NCBI GenBank assembly: GCA_034437215.1
Contig: DAOTVC010000106.1
Span: 30,369-94,368 of the forward strand
Source of the DNA: Anaerolineae bacterium
GTDB taxonomy: Bacteria > Chloroflexota > Anaerolineae > B4-G1 > SLSP01
DNA: 64,000 nt
Reading direction: 5' to 3'
Shown here: positions 26,150 to 37,156 of the stretch, in pieces
Layout: every line of letters starts with the position of its first letter
Numbering within the stretch: the first letter of the stretch is position 1
Position numbers and translations under genes: made by a program
The notes under the pieces: model-generated
Databases searched by the model: none
What the model saw: only the letters and a program-made list of their open reading frames with translations
Told to the model about the DNA's origin: nothing

Positions 26150-26788
26150 ATGCTAGAGAACGCACGGCAGGAGATCATCCACTTCGGGAAGCAGCTGATC
26201 ACCTCCCACCTGACGACGGGGTCGGGAGGGAATCTGAGCCTCTGTGACCGCGAGCGCGGCCTGGTCGCCATCAGCGCCAGCGGCCTGGACTACTTCGCGA
26301 TGACGCCCGAGGACATCGTCGTCACCGACCTGGAGGGGCAGCCCGTGGAGGGAGAGCGCAAGCCCTCCAGCGAGCTGGGCTTCCACCTGGCCCTCTACCA
26401 CGCCCGGCCCGACGTCGCCGCCGTCGTGCACACCCACTCCGTCTACGCGACGACCATCGCCTGCCTGAACTGGGAGCTGCCCGCCGTGCACTACCTCGTC
26501 GGCTTCTCGGGCAACAAGGTCCCCCTCTGCCCCTACGCCCCTTTCGGCACCCGGGAGCTGGCGGAGAAGATCGCGCGCTCCATCGGGGGGTACAACGCCC
26601 TGCTGATGGCGAATCACGGCCTGGTGACGGTGGGGCCGACCCTCGCCCGGGCCTTCGCCGCCGCCGAGGAGATCGAGCTGGTAGCGCAGATCTACTACCA
26701 GGCCAAGGCCATCGGCGAGCCCGTCATCCTCTCCGACGAGCAGATGGAGGTCGTGCTGGAGAGGTTCAAGTCCTACGGGCAGAAGTAG
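26150..26788 (+). CDS. Class II aldolase/adducin family protein (fuculose-phosphate aldolase / ribulose-5-P 4-epimerase-like)
   Basis: Metal-binding His pattern (HTHSVYAT, ANHG). Length typical of the family. RBS GGAGG. Confidence 0.7.
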   Translation: MLENARQEIIHFGKQLITSHLTTGSGGNLSLCDRERGLVAISASGLDYFAMTPEDIVVTDLEGQPVEGERKPSSELGFHLALYHARPDVAAVVHTHSVYATTIACLNWELPAVHYLVGFSGNKVPLCPYAPFGTRELAEKIARSIGGYNALLMANHGLVTVGPTLARAFAAAEEIELVAQIYYQAKAIGEPVILSDEQMEVVLERFKSYGQK

Positions 26789-26980
26789 GGCTGTGGTCCG
26801 TGTGCCGGTTACTTAGGAACGCGAATTAAACAACTTGAGCAAAAGCAAACTGAAAGCGCTCCCGAAAGTCACCTACAATGCCCGAGTTATTTCGCTTTCA
26901 GTCCTTAACCTCTCGGGCCTTGCGATTCGCCCCTTTCGTGATAGACTTCCTTCTTGCAAGCCATGCTCGAGGAGTGGTGA

Positions 26981-27755
26981 CATGCGTTTAGACAGAATCA
27001 TTGGACTCTTAATTATCTTGATAACTCTGCTCGTCGTGGGGAGTGCTCACGGCGTGCAGGCCGTACCTCCCGGCCAGGATGCCGTGTGGAACATCACCTA
27101 TCCCACCGAGGGCTCGGTGATCAGCGGCGAGGTGGAGATCACCGGGACGGCGACCCATCCCAACTTCGCCGCCTACGGCGTTCTCTACGGGGCCGGCGCC
27201 CGTCCCGCCGCGAATACCGAATGGATCTTTGTCACCTCCGCCCGCGTGCCCAATATGGTCGTGAACGGCACATTGACCACCTGGGATACCACGACGGTTC
27301 CCAACGGGCAGTACACCCTGGCCCTCGCAGTCTACGAGGTGGGGAACGAGTCCCCTCATCTGCACTTCGTCAACAACATCACCGTGCAGAACGAGGAGGC
27401 CACGCCCACACCGACGGCGACGCCCGAGCCCACCACCGATCCCAACGGTGCCCCGGAGACCACCCCTGAGGCAGGAGCGCCGATCATCGCCCCGACCGTC
27501 GAGCAGCCCCCCACGGCGACACCCCGGGCGACGGCGACGCTGGGCGCTGCCGGAGCCGAGGCAGAGGAGCCGGTGGACGGGGAGGCGGGCGCCCTCGGTC
27601 TGGAGAACTTCTCCTTCGATGCCATCGGGGACGCCTTCTGGTCCGGGGTCTCCATCGCGGTCCTGCTCTACGTCTTCGGCGGTCTCTACGTCGCCGGGCG
27701 AGCCGCCCTCCGCTACTATCTGAAACAGCAGCGCACCCAGAAGCCCCAATCGTGA
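26981..27755 (+). CDS. Secreted hypothetical protein with a Pro/Thr-rich linker and a C-terminal TM anchor
   Basis: Signal peptide MRLDRIIGLLIILITLLVVGSAHG. PT-rich linker. C-terminal TM helix VSIAVLLYVFGGLYVAG. Confidence 0.45.
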
Positions 27756-27759
27756 TACG

Positions 27760-28341
27760 ATGACCGATTTCCTACTCCTCGTCGGTTTAGGCAATCCCGG
27801 TCCCCGCTACGCCGGCAACCGCCACAACATCGGCTTTCGCGCCGTGGAGACCCTGGCGGAGGAGTACAACCTCGACTTCTCCCGTACGGAGCACCGGGCT
27901 CTCACCGCTCACGGGACCATCGGAGGCCGGCGGGTGATCCTGGCCAAGCCGCAGACGTGGATGAACGACAGCGGGCAGGCGGTCGCGCCCCTCGCAAACT
28001 TCTACAAGATTCCCTTCGAGGATCTCCTCGTCGTCTACGATGACCTGGACATCCCCCTGGGAACCGTGCGCTTCCGTCAGGAGGGGAGCAGCGGAGGTCA
28101 TCGCGGCGTGGAGTCCGTCATCCAGCGCCTGGGAACGCGCGAGTTTCCGCGTCTGCGGTTGGGCATCGGTCGCCCTCCCGGTCAGATGGACGCCGCGGCC
28201 TACGTACTCCAGGATTTCTCCGCTGAGGAAGAGCCGGTGCTCTGGGAGGTGCTCCGTCTGGCCAAGTCGTTGATGGTAGACTGGATCAAGGGTGAGCCCC
28301 AACTGCTTCGCCAGGGGATGACGTGGCAGGTGGAGGCTTAG
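27760..28341 (+). CDS. pth: Peptidyl-tRNA hydrolase
   Basis: Motifs LLVGLGNPG, YAGNRHNIGF, GGHRGVESV. Upstream of mfd, the conserved order. Confidence 0.85.
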   Translation: MTDFLLLVGLGNPGPRYAGNRHNIGFRAVETLAEEYNLDFSRTEHRALTAHGTIGGRRVILAKPQTWMNDSGQAVAPLANFYKIPFEDLLVVYDDLDIPLGTVRFRQEGSSGGHRGVESVIQRLGTREFPRLRLGIGRPPGQMDAAAYVLQDFSAEEEPVLWEVLRLAKSLMVDWIKGEPQLLRQGMTWQVEA

Positions 28342-28374
28342 CCGCGACGCGATCATAGGGTTCTGAGTCGTGCC

Positions 28375-31300
28375 ATGGACATGATCCTATCGGGTATTCT
28401 CCCCTGGATTCGTGAGCACCCGGCTTACCGAGATCTCCTCCACAAGGTGCAGGCGGGGAGGGCCCTCCCGCCTCAGGAGGTACTGCCTGCCGCGGGTTCG
28501 GCAATTGTGGCCGCCCTGCTGGCGGATCTCGATCTTCCCCTGTTGATTGTGACGCCCACGGTCGATGAGAGCCGCCGCCTTCTGCAGGCGCTCCGCACCT
28601 GGCTCCCGGCGGCCGAGGAGGTCCTGGCCTTCCCGGCCCCACCGGTGCTGCCCTACGAGCGGGCTCCCTGGACGCCGGAGACCATCGGCGATCGTTTGCG
28701 GGTTCTCTCCACGCTCTTCCTGCACCGGGTGGGGGGAGCCGGCGGGACACCCCCTGTGGTCGTGACCTCCGCCCGCGCCCTGCTGCAGCGCCCGCTGCCC
28801 TACCGCCAATTCTACAAGGCGGCCCGCAAGATCGAGGTCGGGGCCGAGGAGTCCCTCACGGCGCTGGCGCGCCACTGCCAGGAGATCGGGTACGAGTCCG
28901 TCACCGTCGTCGAGGTGCCGGGTCAGATCAGTCGCCGGGGCGGCATCCTGGACATCTTCCCGCCCCACGCCCCGGTCCCCTACCGGCTGGACTTCTGGGG
29001 TGACGAGATCGACGCAATCCGCACCTTCGAGCCCGCGACCCAGCGCTCCGTGGCTCGGGTGAGCAGCTTCTGGATCACGCCGGTGCGCGAGGCACTGCCC
29101 CGGGACGGCGAGCGAGCGCTGGCCCCCTTGCAGGCGCTGTTGGCCACGGAGCTGCCCCCCGAGGTACGGGGACCTCTGGAGGACGACGCGCAGTCCTTGG
29201 ACGTCGGCTCTCCCTTCCGCTCGCTGGAGTTCTACCTGCCCTACCTCTACCAGGAGGTGAGTACGCTGCTCAGCTACTTCCCAACGAACGCCCAGATCAT
29301 CCTCTACAACGCCGCGGCTCTGCCGTTGCGCTGGCGCGAGCTGGAGGAGGCGGCGGAGGAGCAGAGGGAGCGCTCGGTGCGGGAGCGCCTTATCCAGCCC
29401 GAGGCCCCTGTGCCCTACGTGGCTTGGTCGCGATGGGAGGCGGCGCTGCAGGGGGAGCGGGTGCTCTCTCTGGAGTATGGGGGGGCGGGTCCCTTGGGAG
29501 AGGCCTTCGATCCGGAGGTGCACTTCGCCGGGAGGCTGGGGGAGGCGCTGGGGCGCCTGCGCCAGTGGGTGGGGCTGGGGGATCAGGTGGTCGTGGTGAG
29601 CCGGCAGGCCGGCCGGTTGGCCGAGCTCTGGCAGCAGTTCACGCCACCGCCTGTCCTCAAGGAGCTGGGCGAGCCGCCCGAGGGGCTGATCACCTTCGTG
29701 CAGGGTGTAGGACCGGCGGGCTGGCAGATCAACGAGGCCCACCGGACCCGCCACCTCATCACCGACGAGGAGCTCTTCGGCTGGCGCCCGCCGGAGCCGC
29801 GGCGCCGGCCCCGGCGCCGGGTCACGGCGCCGGAGTTCCCCTTCGCCGACCTGGAACCGGGCACCTTTGTCGTGCACGAGGACTACGGCATCGGCCTCTT
29901 CCGGGGGCTGGTGCAGCGGAGCATCGACAACATCGAGCGGGAGTACCTGCTCGTGGAGTACTCCGGCAAGGACCGCCTCTTCGTGCCCATCCATCAGGCC
30001 GACCGCCTCACCCGCTACGTCGGCGCCGAGGGGCTGGGCCCCCAGCTTAGCCGTCTGGACTCCCAGGCCTGGGAGGAGACGAAGGCGCGCGTCGAGCGGG
30101 CGACGGAGGCGCTGGCTGCCGACCTGCTCGACCTCTACGCCGAGCGGCAGGTCGTGGAGGGCCACGCCTTCGCATCGGACACTGCCTGGCAGACCGAGTT
30201 GGAGGCCGCTTTCCCCTACGTGGAGACTCAGGATCAGATCGAGGCCATCCAGGCGGTGAAGGCGGACATGGAGCGCTCCCAGCCCATGGACCGCCTTATC
30301 TGTGGGGATGCAGGCTACGGCAAGACCGAGGTCGCTCTGCGTGCGGCCTTCAAGGCCGTGATGGACAACAAGCAGGTGGCGATGCTCGTGCCCACGACGG
30401 TGCTCGCCCAGCAGCACTATCTGACCTTTCAGGAGCGCTTGGACCCCTTCCCGGTGCGGGTCGAACTCCTCTCGCGCTTTCGTACCGACGCCGAGCAGCG
30501 GAAGATCATCGCAAGTCTTACCGAGGGGCAGCTGGATATCGTCATCGGCACCCATCGCCTGCTACAGGATGACGTGCGCTTCGGAGATCTGGGGCTGGTC
30601 ATCATCGACGAGGAGCAGCGCTTCGGCGTGGCGCACAAGGAGACGCTGAAGCAGATGCGCACCGAGGTGGACGTCCTCACCCTCACGGCGACGCCTATCC
30701 CCCGCACCCTCTACATGGCCCTCACCGGTGTGCGGGACGTGAGCATTATCGAGACCCCGCCTCAGGAGCGGTTGCCCCTCTCCACCTACGTCGGTCCCTA
30801 CGACGCGGACGTGGTGCAGCGGGCCATCCGGCGGGAGATGGGCCGGAACGGGCAGACCTTCTACGTCCACAACCGTGTGGAGACTATCCAGTCGGTGGCG
30901 CGACGGCTGGAGAAGCTGGTGCCCGAGGCCCGGGTGGGCGTGGCCCACGGGCAGATGCGGGAGCGGGACCTGGCGCGGGTCATGGAGCGCTTCACGGCGG
31001 GTGAGGTGGACGTTCTGGTGGCGACGACCATCATCGAGAGCGGGCTGGACTTCCCCAACGCCAACACCCTCATCGTGGAGCACGCCGACCACTTCGGTCT
31101 GGCCCAGCTCTATCAGCTGCGGGGACGGGTGGGGCGGGGGACCCGCCGAGGGTACGCCTACCTCTTTCAGAGCCGGCGGTTGCAGGAGGAGGGGCGCTAT
31201 CGCTTGCAGGCCCTGCAGGAGAGCACGGGTCTGGGAGGCGGCTTCTCTATCGCCCTGCGGGACCTCGAGCTGCGCGGAGCCGGGGAGCTCCTGGGCGCTC

Positions 31301-31860
31301 GGCAGCACGGGCACATCGCCGCTGTGGGCTTTACCCTCTACACCCAACTCCTCTCCGGTACCGTCGCCCGCCTCAGCGCCCAACGGGCCGGCGAGCCGGT
31401 GCCCCCGGCTCCCGTAGGCTCCATCACCATCGAACTGCCGCTGGCGGTAGGGCTGCCCGCTGACTACGTCCCCGACGACCAGCTACGCCTCCGTCTCTAC
31501 CGACGTCTGGCCGAACTCACCGACGCGGAGGAGATTGCCCAGCTGGAGGAGGAGCTCCGGGATCGTTTTGGTCCCCTGCCGGCGACGGCGGAGAACCTCA
31601 TCTACCAGCTGCGCTTGAAGGTTCTGGCACGGGACGCCCACATCCCCACCATCGCCGTCGAGAGCGGACAGATTGCGCTCCGCCCGCCCTGGTTAAAGAA
31701 TGTGCCCCCGGAGCGGATCGGTCGGCTGCGACGGCTGCTGGGAGAGCAAGCACGGCTGGGGCGCCGGGAGATCTGGCTGCCCCTCTCGTGGGAGGAGGAG
31801 CACTGGCGGACCAATCTTCAGGAGGTGCTGGAGGCCCTGGCGGGTTGGTGGGCAGAGTAG
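28375..31860 (+). CDS. mfd: Transcription-repair coupling factor Mfd
   Basis: 1,161 aa. Helicase motifs GDAGYGKTEVALRAAF, DEEQRFGV, QLRGRVGRG. UvrB-homology N-terminus and a CarD-like region. Confidence 0.85.
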   Translation: MDMILSGILPWIREHPAYRDLLHKVQAGRALPPQEVLPAAGSAIVAALLADLDLPLLIVTPTVDESRRLLQALRTWLPAAEEVLAFPAPPVLPYERAPWTPETIGDRLRVLSTLFLHRVGGAGGTPPVVVTSARALLQRPLPYRQFYKAARKIEVGAEESLTALARHCQEIGYESVTVVEVPGQISRRGGILDIFPPHAPVPYRLDFWGDEIDAIRTFEPATQRSVARVSSFWITPVREALPRDGERALAPLQALLATELPPEVRGPLEDDAQSLDVGSPFRSLEFYLPYLYQEVSTLLSYFPTNAQIILYNAAALPLRWRELEEAAEEQRERSVRERLIQPEAPVPYVAWSRWEAALQGERVLSLEYGGAGPLGEAFDPEVHFAGRLGEALGRLRQWVGLGDQVVVVSRQAGRLAELWQQFTPPPVLKELGEPPEGLITFVQGVGPAGWQINEAHRTRHLITDEELFGWRPPEPRRRPRRRVTAPEFPFADLEPGTFVVHEDYGIGLFRGLVQRSIDNIEREYLLVEYSGKDRLFVPIHQADRLTRYVGAEGLGPQLSRLDSQAWEETKARVERATEALAADLLDLYAERQVVEGHAFASDTAWQTELEAAFPYVETQDQIEAIQAVKADMERSQPMDRLICGDAGYGKTEVALRAAFKAVMDNKQVAMLVPTTVLAQQHYLTFQERLDPFPVRVELLSRFRTDAEQRKIIASLTEGQLDIVIGTHRLLQDDVRFGDLGLVIIDEEQRFGVAHKETLKQMRTEVDVLTLTATPIPRTLYMALTGVRDVSIIETPPQERLPLSTYVGPYDADVVQRAIRREMGRNGQTFYVHNRVETIQSVARRLEKLVPEARVGVAHGQMRERDLARVMERFTAGEVDVLVATTIIESGLDFPNANTLIVEHADHFGLAQLYQLRGRVGRGTRRGYAYLFQSRRLQEEGRYRLQALQESTGLGGGFSIALRDLELRGAGELLGARQHGHIAAVGFTLYTQLLSGTVARLSAQRAGEPVPPAPVGSITIELPLAVGLPADYVPDDQLRLRLYRRLAELTDAEEIAQLEEELRDRFGPLPATAENLIYQLRLKVLARDAHIPTIAVESGQIALRPPWLKNVPPERIGRLRRLLGEQARLGRREIWLPLSWEEEHWRTNLQEVLEALAGWWAE

Positions 31861-31894
31861 CGGCTCTTCACGCTGCAAGCGTCTGGTTATGCGA

Positions 31895-31923
31895 TTGTCA
31901 CGCTTTCTTTTCGATAGTACAAT
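31895..31923 (+). promoter_or_regulatory. Sigma70-like promoter: TTGTCA, 17 bp spacer, TACAAT
   Basis: Read directly: ttgtcacgctttcttttcgatagtacaat, about 70 nt upstream of the HK at 31991. Confidence 0.35.
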
Positions 31924-31990
31924 GATCCTCGTGCTACTATATAACTGAACTCTAACAGGGGTTGCCGGACTTGTCTCTCGTTTAAACCTT

Positions 31991-34900
31991 ATGAGAATGG
32001 AGATCCCGGTGGATACACCGCAAATCCTGTTTATCATCGCCTCCTTTGTTATTGGTATCGCGCTCGTCGTCTTTGCCGTATTGGCCTGGCGTCGTCGCCA
32101 CGTTCATAGCAGCGCTCAGTTCATCGCCCTGTTGCTCACGGCAGGTGCCGTTTGGGCCATGGCCTACGCCTTCGAGCTGGTGAGCCCCACGCTTCCCCTG
32201 AAGACCTTCTGGACCAAAGCCACCTACCTGGGTTCGGTCCCCATCACCGTCTCCTGGTTCTTCTTCGCCCTCAACTACAGCGGACGCCGCTCGTGGTTGG
32301 AGAGCAAGTGGATCCGGCTTATCTTCATCGTGCCTGTCATCACCTTGCTCGGGGTCTGGACCTATCCTCTGCAGAAACTCTACTGGACCTACGTCACCCT
32401 CGAGCCGGGTGGGGCGTTGTACTCCGTGGATACCGGGCAGGGGCCCCTCTACTGGGTCCATCACTTCTACTCCTATCTGTTGGTCATGGGCGGGATCTTC
32501 CTGATGGCGCAGACCGCCTTTCAGGTCCGCCGCCACTACCGCATCCAGACGTTGGTCATTCTGGGCGCGGTCATCTTCTTCCTGGTACGGAACATCCTCT
32601 TCCTCCTGGGATTCGAGTCGATCCTGGCGCTGCAGCTCTTCTCCGGTGTGCTGACCTTGGGAACGGTCGTGGCAATCTGGGTGATGTACACCCGTCGCTT
32701 CCCCAACGTCGTACCCGTCGCCCGCTCCACGGTGGTGGAGAGCATGGATGACGCCGTGGTCGTCCTCGACGAGCAGGGGCAGGTCGCGGACTTCAACATC
32801 GCGGCGCGGAAGATCTTGAAGCTTACCGATGAGGATCTTGGGCTTCCGGTCGAAGAGATCTTTGCCGATCATCCGCGGTTGCTCGATGCCTGCCGGAAGG
32901 AGAACGAACAGCGTGAGATTCGGCTGGGTGAGACCGGTGAACAGAGATCTTACGAACTGCGGCTCTATCCCTTCTATGGAAGACAGGATCAACGGGCCGG
33001 GCGTCTGATGGTGCTCGACGACATCACCGCTCAGAAGAGGACGGAGATGGCGCTGCGCCGGCAGCTGGAAGAACTGCAGGTGTTACACGGCGTTGCGATA
33101 GCGGGCGCCCAGACCCGCAACGAAGGTCTGCTCATCGAGCAGGCCACAGCTCTAATCGGCGAGACCCTCTATACCGACAGCTTTGGGGTTCTGCTTGTAG
33201 ATGAAGAGGCGCAGGTTCTTCGCGCGCACCCCTCCTACCGCCAGCGCTCCGGGGCAGAGATCGACCCCGTTCCGCTGGGCGAGGGGATTGCCGGCAGCGT
33301 GGCCGTCGACGGTCGGCCCCGGCGCGTGGGCAACGTTCTGGAGGCGCCGAGCTATATCAGCAGTGACCCCGAGACCCGCTCGGAGCTCTCCGTGCCCCTG
33401 CAGACGGGAGAGCGCATCATCGGGATCGTGAACGTGGAGAGTGTGCACCCCAACGCCTTCACAGAAGCGGACGAGCGGTTGCTGATCACCTTTGCCGGCC
33501 AGCTGGCGACGGCTATCGAGAGAGCGCGCCTCTCGGAGGCCGAGCACGACACTTTGGAGCGCATTCGGGCCCTCTACGAGGTCGCCAGCTCCCTCATCGC
33601 GTCGCCCGAACCCCTGCGCGTTTTGGACACCGCGGTAGAGGATGCAGCGCGCGCCCTGGGAGCCGATCACGTAGTCCTTGCCGTCAACAAGGGGGAGTAC
33701 GACCCTCCAGAGCTACGGTTGGGCGGGCAGGGAGGGATGCTGCCTCCCGCCTCGGAGCGTCTGTGGCACGCGCTTCACCAACGGGTACTCCAGACTCTGA
33801 AGCCGGAGCGGGTGATCCGGGAGCGGGATGATCACGGTACGCCTCTGGGATCCATGATCGTCGTCCCCCTCAGCTACCACGGCGCGATGCGGGGCACTCT
33901 CTCGGCCTTGAAGTACTCCGATGAATCCAGTTTCACGCAGGCGGATCAGAATCTCTTGGAGGCGATGGCCAATCAGATCGCGGTTGCCGTGGAGAACGCG
34001 CACCTCTTCAAGACCTTGGAGTATCGCGTGGCCGAGTTACAGATTCTGCAGCAGACAAGTCTGGAGTTGACGGCTTCGCTGGAGCTCTCCGCCGTGCTCG
34101 AGCGGATTGCCGAGCACGCTCTCAGCCTGGTGAAGGCCTACACCTGCAGCCTTTACCTCTTCGATGCCCAGAGCGGGGAGTTCGATTTCGGTCTCTCCCT
34201 GCGTCAGGACGGGTGGCGGGAGCGCGTGGAGCGCGCGCCCCGCTCCGAGGGGTTGACGATGACGGTGGTCCGACAGGGGGAGCCGCTCATCATCAGTGAC
34301 GTCTTTCACCACTTCCTCTTTGCCTCTCCCGAGGCCCAGGCGCTGGGGCTCCGGGCCATCGCCGGCTTCCCGCTTACACGGGGGGAGCGCGTGCTGGGTG
34401 TGCTGACCGTCTCCTATCTGACCCCGCACACCTTCACGGAGGCCGAACTGCGCATCCTCGGTCTGCTCGCCAGTCAGGCTGCCATCGCCATCGAGAATGC
34501 CCACCTCTTTGAGGAGACGGAGCGCCTGAAGCACTTCAACGAGAACATCGTTCAGGGTGTGGCCGAGGCCATCCTGATCGAGAATGCGGAGGGCCACTTC
34601 GTCTTCGCCAATCCTGCGGGTGAGACTCTTCTCGGTTACGGCGAGGAGGATCTCGTGGGGATGCACTGGAAGGATCTCGTGCCGCCCGGGGAGTATGAGA
34701 AGATAGAGAGAGAGTGGCAGAAGCGGGAGAAGGGTGTCGGCAGTCGCTACGAGACGGTGCTGCTGGACCGCTGGGGCCAGGAGGTACCGGTCATCATCAG
34801 TGCTCGCCCGCTCTTCGAGGGCGACGCTTACGCCGGGGTGCTGGTGGCCCTGATGGATATCACGGAGCGCAAGGCCGTGGAGGAGGAGCGCGAGCGCCTG

Positions 34901-35599
34901 ATCCGGGAGCTGGATGCCTTCGCTCACACCGTCGCCCATGACCTCAAGACCCCGCTCAATGCCCTGCTGGGATCGGCGGAGATCCTGCACGACGAGCACA
35001 GATCGCTCTCTCCCAAGGAGATGAAGATCATCACCGGAGGGGTCGAGCAGAGCGTCTCGAAGATGCTCAGCATCATCGACGAGCTCCTGCTGCTAGCCAG
35101 TGTGCGCAAGCAGCAGGAGGTGCAGCTGCGCCCCCTGGAGATGGGGCACATCGTCGGCGATGCCTTGGAGCGGTTGCACTACGTGATCAAGGAGTCGGAC
35201 GCCCGTATCGAGGTGGCGGAGAGCTGGCCCCAGGTCCGCGGTTACGGCCCCTGGGTGGAGGAGGTCTGGGTCAACTACATCAGCAATGCCATCAAGTATG
35301 GGGGGGAGCCTCCCGAGGTTGAGTTGGGATTTGACGCTCTCGAGAACGACGGGGTGCGTTTCTGGGTCCGTGATAACGGGCAGGGCATTGCTGAGGAGGC
35401 GCAGCACGATCTCTTCACCCCCTTTACCCGCCTGGGACAGGTGCACGCTACAGGTTCGGGGTTGGGCCTCTCCATCGCCAGGCGCATCGTGGAGCGCTTG
35501 GGGGGCGAGGTCGGCTTGGAGAGCGCGCCCGGCGAGGGGAGCCGCTTCTGGTTCACTCTGCCCCCAGCATCTGATGACGAGCCCGGGGAGGAGTCCTAA
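31991..35599 (+). CDS. Large sensor histidine kinase: 7TM sensor, PAS, multiple GAF domains, PAS, HisKA, HATPase_c
   Basis: 1,202 aa. N-terminus paralogous to the other two HKs. H-box AHDLKTPLNAL. HATPase motifs DNGQGI and GSGLGLSI. Confidence 0.8.
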   Translation: MRMEIPVDTPQILFIIASFVIGIALVVFAVLAWRRRHVHSSAQFIALLLTAGAVWAMAYAFELVSPTLPLKTFWTKATYLGSVPITVSWFFFALNYSGRRSWLESKWIRLIFIVPVITLLGVWTYPLQKLYWTYVTLEPGGALYSVDTGQGPLYWVHHFYSYLLVMGGIFLMAQTAFQVRRHYRIQTLVILGAVIFFLVRNILFLLGFESILALQLFSGVLTLGTVVAIWVMYTRRFPNVVPVARSTVVESMDDAVVVLDEQGQVADFNIAARKILKLTDEDLGLPVEEIFADHPRLLDACRKENEQREIRLGETGEQRSYELRLYPFYGRQDQRAGRLMVLDDITAQKRTEMALRRQLEELQVLHGVAIAGAQTRNEGLLIEQATALIGETLYTDSFGVLLVDEEAQVLRAHPSYRQRSGAEIDPVPLGEGIAGSVAVDGRPRRVGNVLEAPSYISSDPETRSELSVPLQTGERIIGIVNVESVHPNAFTEADERLLITFAGQLATAIERARLSEAEHDTLERIRALYEVASSLIASPEPLRVLDTAVEDAARALGADHVVLAVNKGEYDPPELRLGGQGGMLPPASERLWHALHQRVLQTLKPERVIRERDDHGTPLGSMIVVPLSYHGAMRGTLSALKYSDESSFTQADQNLLEAMANQIAVAVENAHLFKTLEYRVAELQILQQTSLELTASLELSAVLERIAEHALSLVKAYTCSLYLFDAQSGEFDFGLSLRQDGWRERVERAPRSEGLTMTVVRQGEPLIISDVFHHFLFASPEAQALGLRAIAGFPLTRGERVLGVLTVSYLTPHTFTEAELRILGLLASQAAIAIENAHLFEETERLKHFNENIVQGVAEAILIENAEGHFVFANPAGETLLGYGEEDLVGMHWKDLVPPGEYEKIEREWQKREKGVGSRYETVLLDRWGQEVPVIISARPLFEGDAYAGVLVALMDITERKAVEEERERLIRELDAFAHTVAHDLKTPLNALLGSAEILHDEHRSLSPKEMKIITGGVEQSVSKMLSIIDELLLLASVRKQQEVQLRPLEMGHIVGDALERLHYVIKESDARIEVAESWPQVRGYGPWVEEVWVNYISNAIKYGGEPPEVELGFDALENDGVRFWVRDNGQGIAEEAQHDLFTPFTRLGQVHATGSGLGLSIARRIVERLGGEVGLESAPGEGSRFWFTLPPASDDEPGEES

Positions 35600-35766
35600 T
35601 CTCGGCTGCACTGAAAAATAGGAGTTTTAGCACACTGTTCTACTACATGTCGACTTCATATTAGCTTCGAGCGCTATATTTAGTGGCACGCTCTGAAACT
35701 CCGATGGTTTCGACCTTCTTTCAGGAGAGCCAATCTTCGGTCGCCGTGTTGCTTGATCTGGTTTAC

Positions 35767-35804
35767 AACCGCGGGGGGCCTCCGTTGGTCCTCCGCGGTT
35801 TTCC
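35767..35804 (+). terminator. Terminator-like hairpin: AACCGCGG, 18-nt loop, CCGCGGTT, then TTCCTG
   Basis: Read directly, about 170 nt after the HK stop in an AT-rich gap. Confidence 0.35.
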
Positions 35805-35875
35805 TGTATGGTAAAGTGAGTGTCTGACCAGGTGACGATTGGACCAACGACTATCAGACTAATTGAGGAGAGAAC

Positions 35876-37135
35876 GTGAGCGAGATTCGACGGTTAACCG
35901 CCCAAGGTATCGAAGAGTACGTCGACATTGTCATCGACGCTTATCCGGGCTTCAAGATCTCCTCGGAGGAGGACCGGCGGCGTCTGATCGAGCGGCTGCA
36001 GAAGGTTCAGGAGGAGGTTCCCCCGCTGCACCTCTACGGTCTCTACCGGGAGGACCGGCTCTTGGGCGGGATGCGTCTGCACGACTTTTGGTTGAACGTG
36101 CTGGGGACGGAGGTCTCGGCCGGAGGGGTGGGTATGGTCGCCGTCGATCTGCTCCACAAGAAGGAGCACGTCGCCAAGGAGCTGCTCCTCTTCTTCCTCG
36201 AGCACTACCGGCGCCGGGGAGCCCGGATGGCGCTCCTCTACCCCTTCCGCCCCGATTTCTACTACGCCATGCACTTCGGCTACGGCGCAAAGATCAGCCA
36301 GTATCGCTTCCGCCCTGCGGCCCTGCGTAGAGGGCCGTCGAAGGCGGAGGTGCGCTCTCTCAGTGCCGAGGATCGGTCCGCTCTGGCTGCCTGCTACGAT
36401 CGCTACCAGGCTCAGACCCATGGGATGATCGTGCGCCACGCCCACGAGTGGGATCCTTGGTTCAGGAACCTGGGTCTGGAGAACCGGATTGCGGGCTGCG
36501 TGCTCGACGACCGGTTGGAGGGCTATCTCATCTTCGGCTTCAAGGCGCGCCCGGTGGAGAGTCCCCTGCGCAACGACCTCGTGGTCAAGGAGCTCGTCTA
36601 TACCAGCCGGGAGGCCCTCGCTGAACTCCTCACCTTCCTGCACTCCCAGGCCGATCAGGTCGAGCGCATCATCTTGGCTACCCATGATGCGTCCTTCCAC
36701 CACCTGCTCCTCGATCCGCGCGACGAGTGTGAGACCCTCATTCCTTCCGTCTACCACGAGAGCAACGTCCAGGGGGTGGGGTTGATGTACCGGATCATCG
36801 ACGTTCCCGGTATCTTCGACGATCTGCGCGACCACGACTTCAACGGGCAGAGCTGTCGCCTGAAGTTGACGGTGAGCGACTCCTTCCTCCCTGGGAACGC
36901 CGGCAGCACGCTCCTGCACTTCGAGGCGGGGCGGGTGACGCTGCCGGGGTCCGGAGAGCACGAGGTCGAGCTGGCGTTGAACGTCGCCGAGCTCTCGTCG
37001 CTCCTCATGGGGGTCGTCGATCTGCGAAGCCTTCACACTTACGGTCTTGCCGAACTCTCGGAGGCAGCCTATCTGGAGACATTGAACCGGCTCTTTGCCG
37101 TGGAGCAGAAGCCGGTCTGCCTCACCGCCTTTTAA
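35876..37135 (+). CDS. Eis-like GNAT N-acetyltransferase: GNAT domain plus an SCP2-like C-terminal domain
   Basis: About 419 aa. GNAT core with GVGMVAV...KKEHVAKELLLFF. Length and architecture match Eis-type acetyltransferases. GTG start with a GAGGAG RBS. Confidence 0.6.
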   Translation: MSEIRRLTAQGIEEYVDIVIDAYPGFKISSEEDRRRLIERLQKVQEEVPPLHLYGLYREDRLLGGMRLHDFWLNVLGTEVSAGGVGMVAVDLLHKKEHVAKELLLFFLEHYRRRGARMALLYPFRPDFYYAMHFGYGAKISQYRFRPAALRRGPSKAEVRSLSAEDRSALAACYDRYQAQTHGMIVRHAHEWDPWFRNLGLENRIAGCVLDDRLEGYLIFGFKARPVESPLRNDLVVKELVYTSREALAELLTFLHSQADQVERIILATHDASFHHLLLDPRDECETLIPSVYHESNVQGVGLMYRIIDVPGIFDDLRDHDFNGQSCRLKLTVSDSFLPGNAGSTLLHFEAGRVTLPGSGEHEVELALNVAELSSLLMGVVDLRSLHTYGLAELSEAAYLETLNRLFAVEQKPVCLTAF

Positions 37136-37156
37136 CCTCACTCAGGAGCGTGCGCT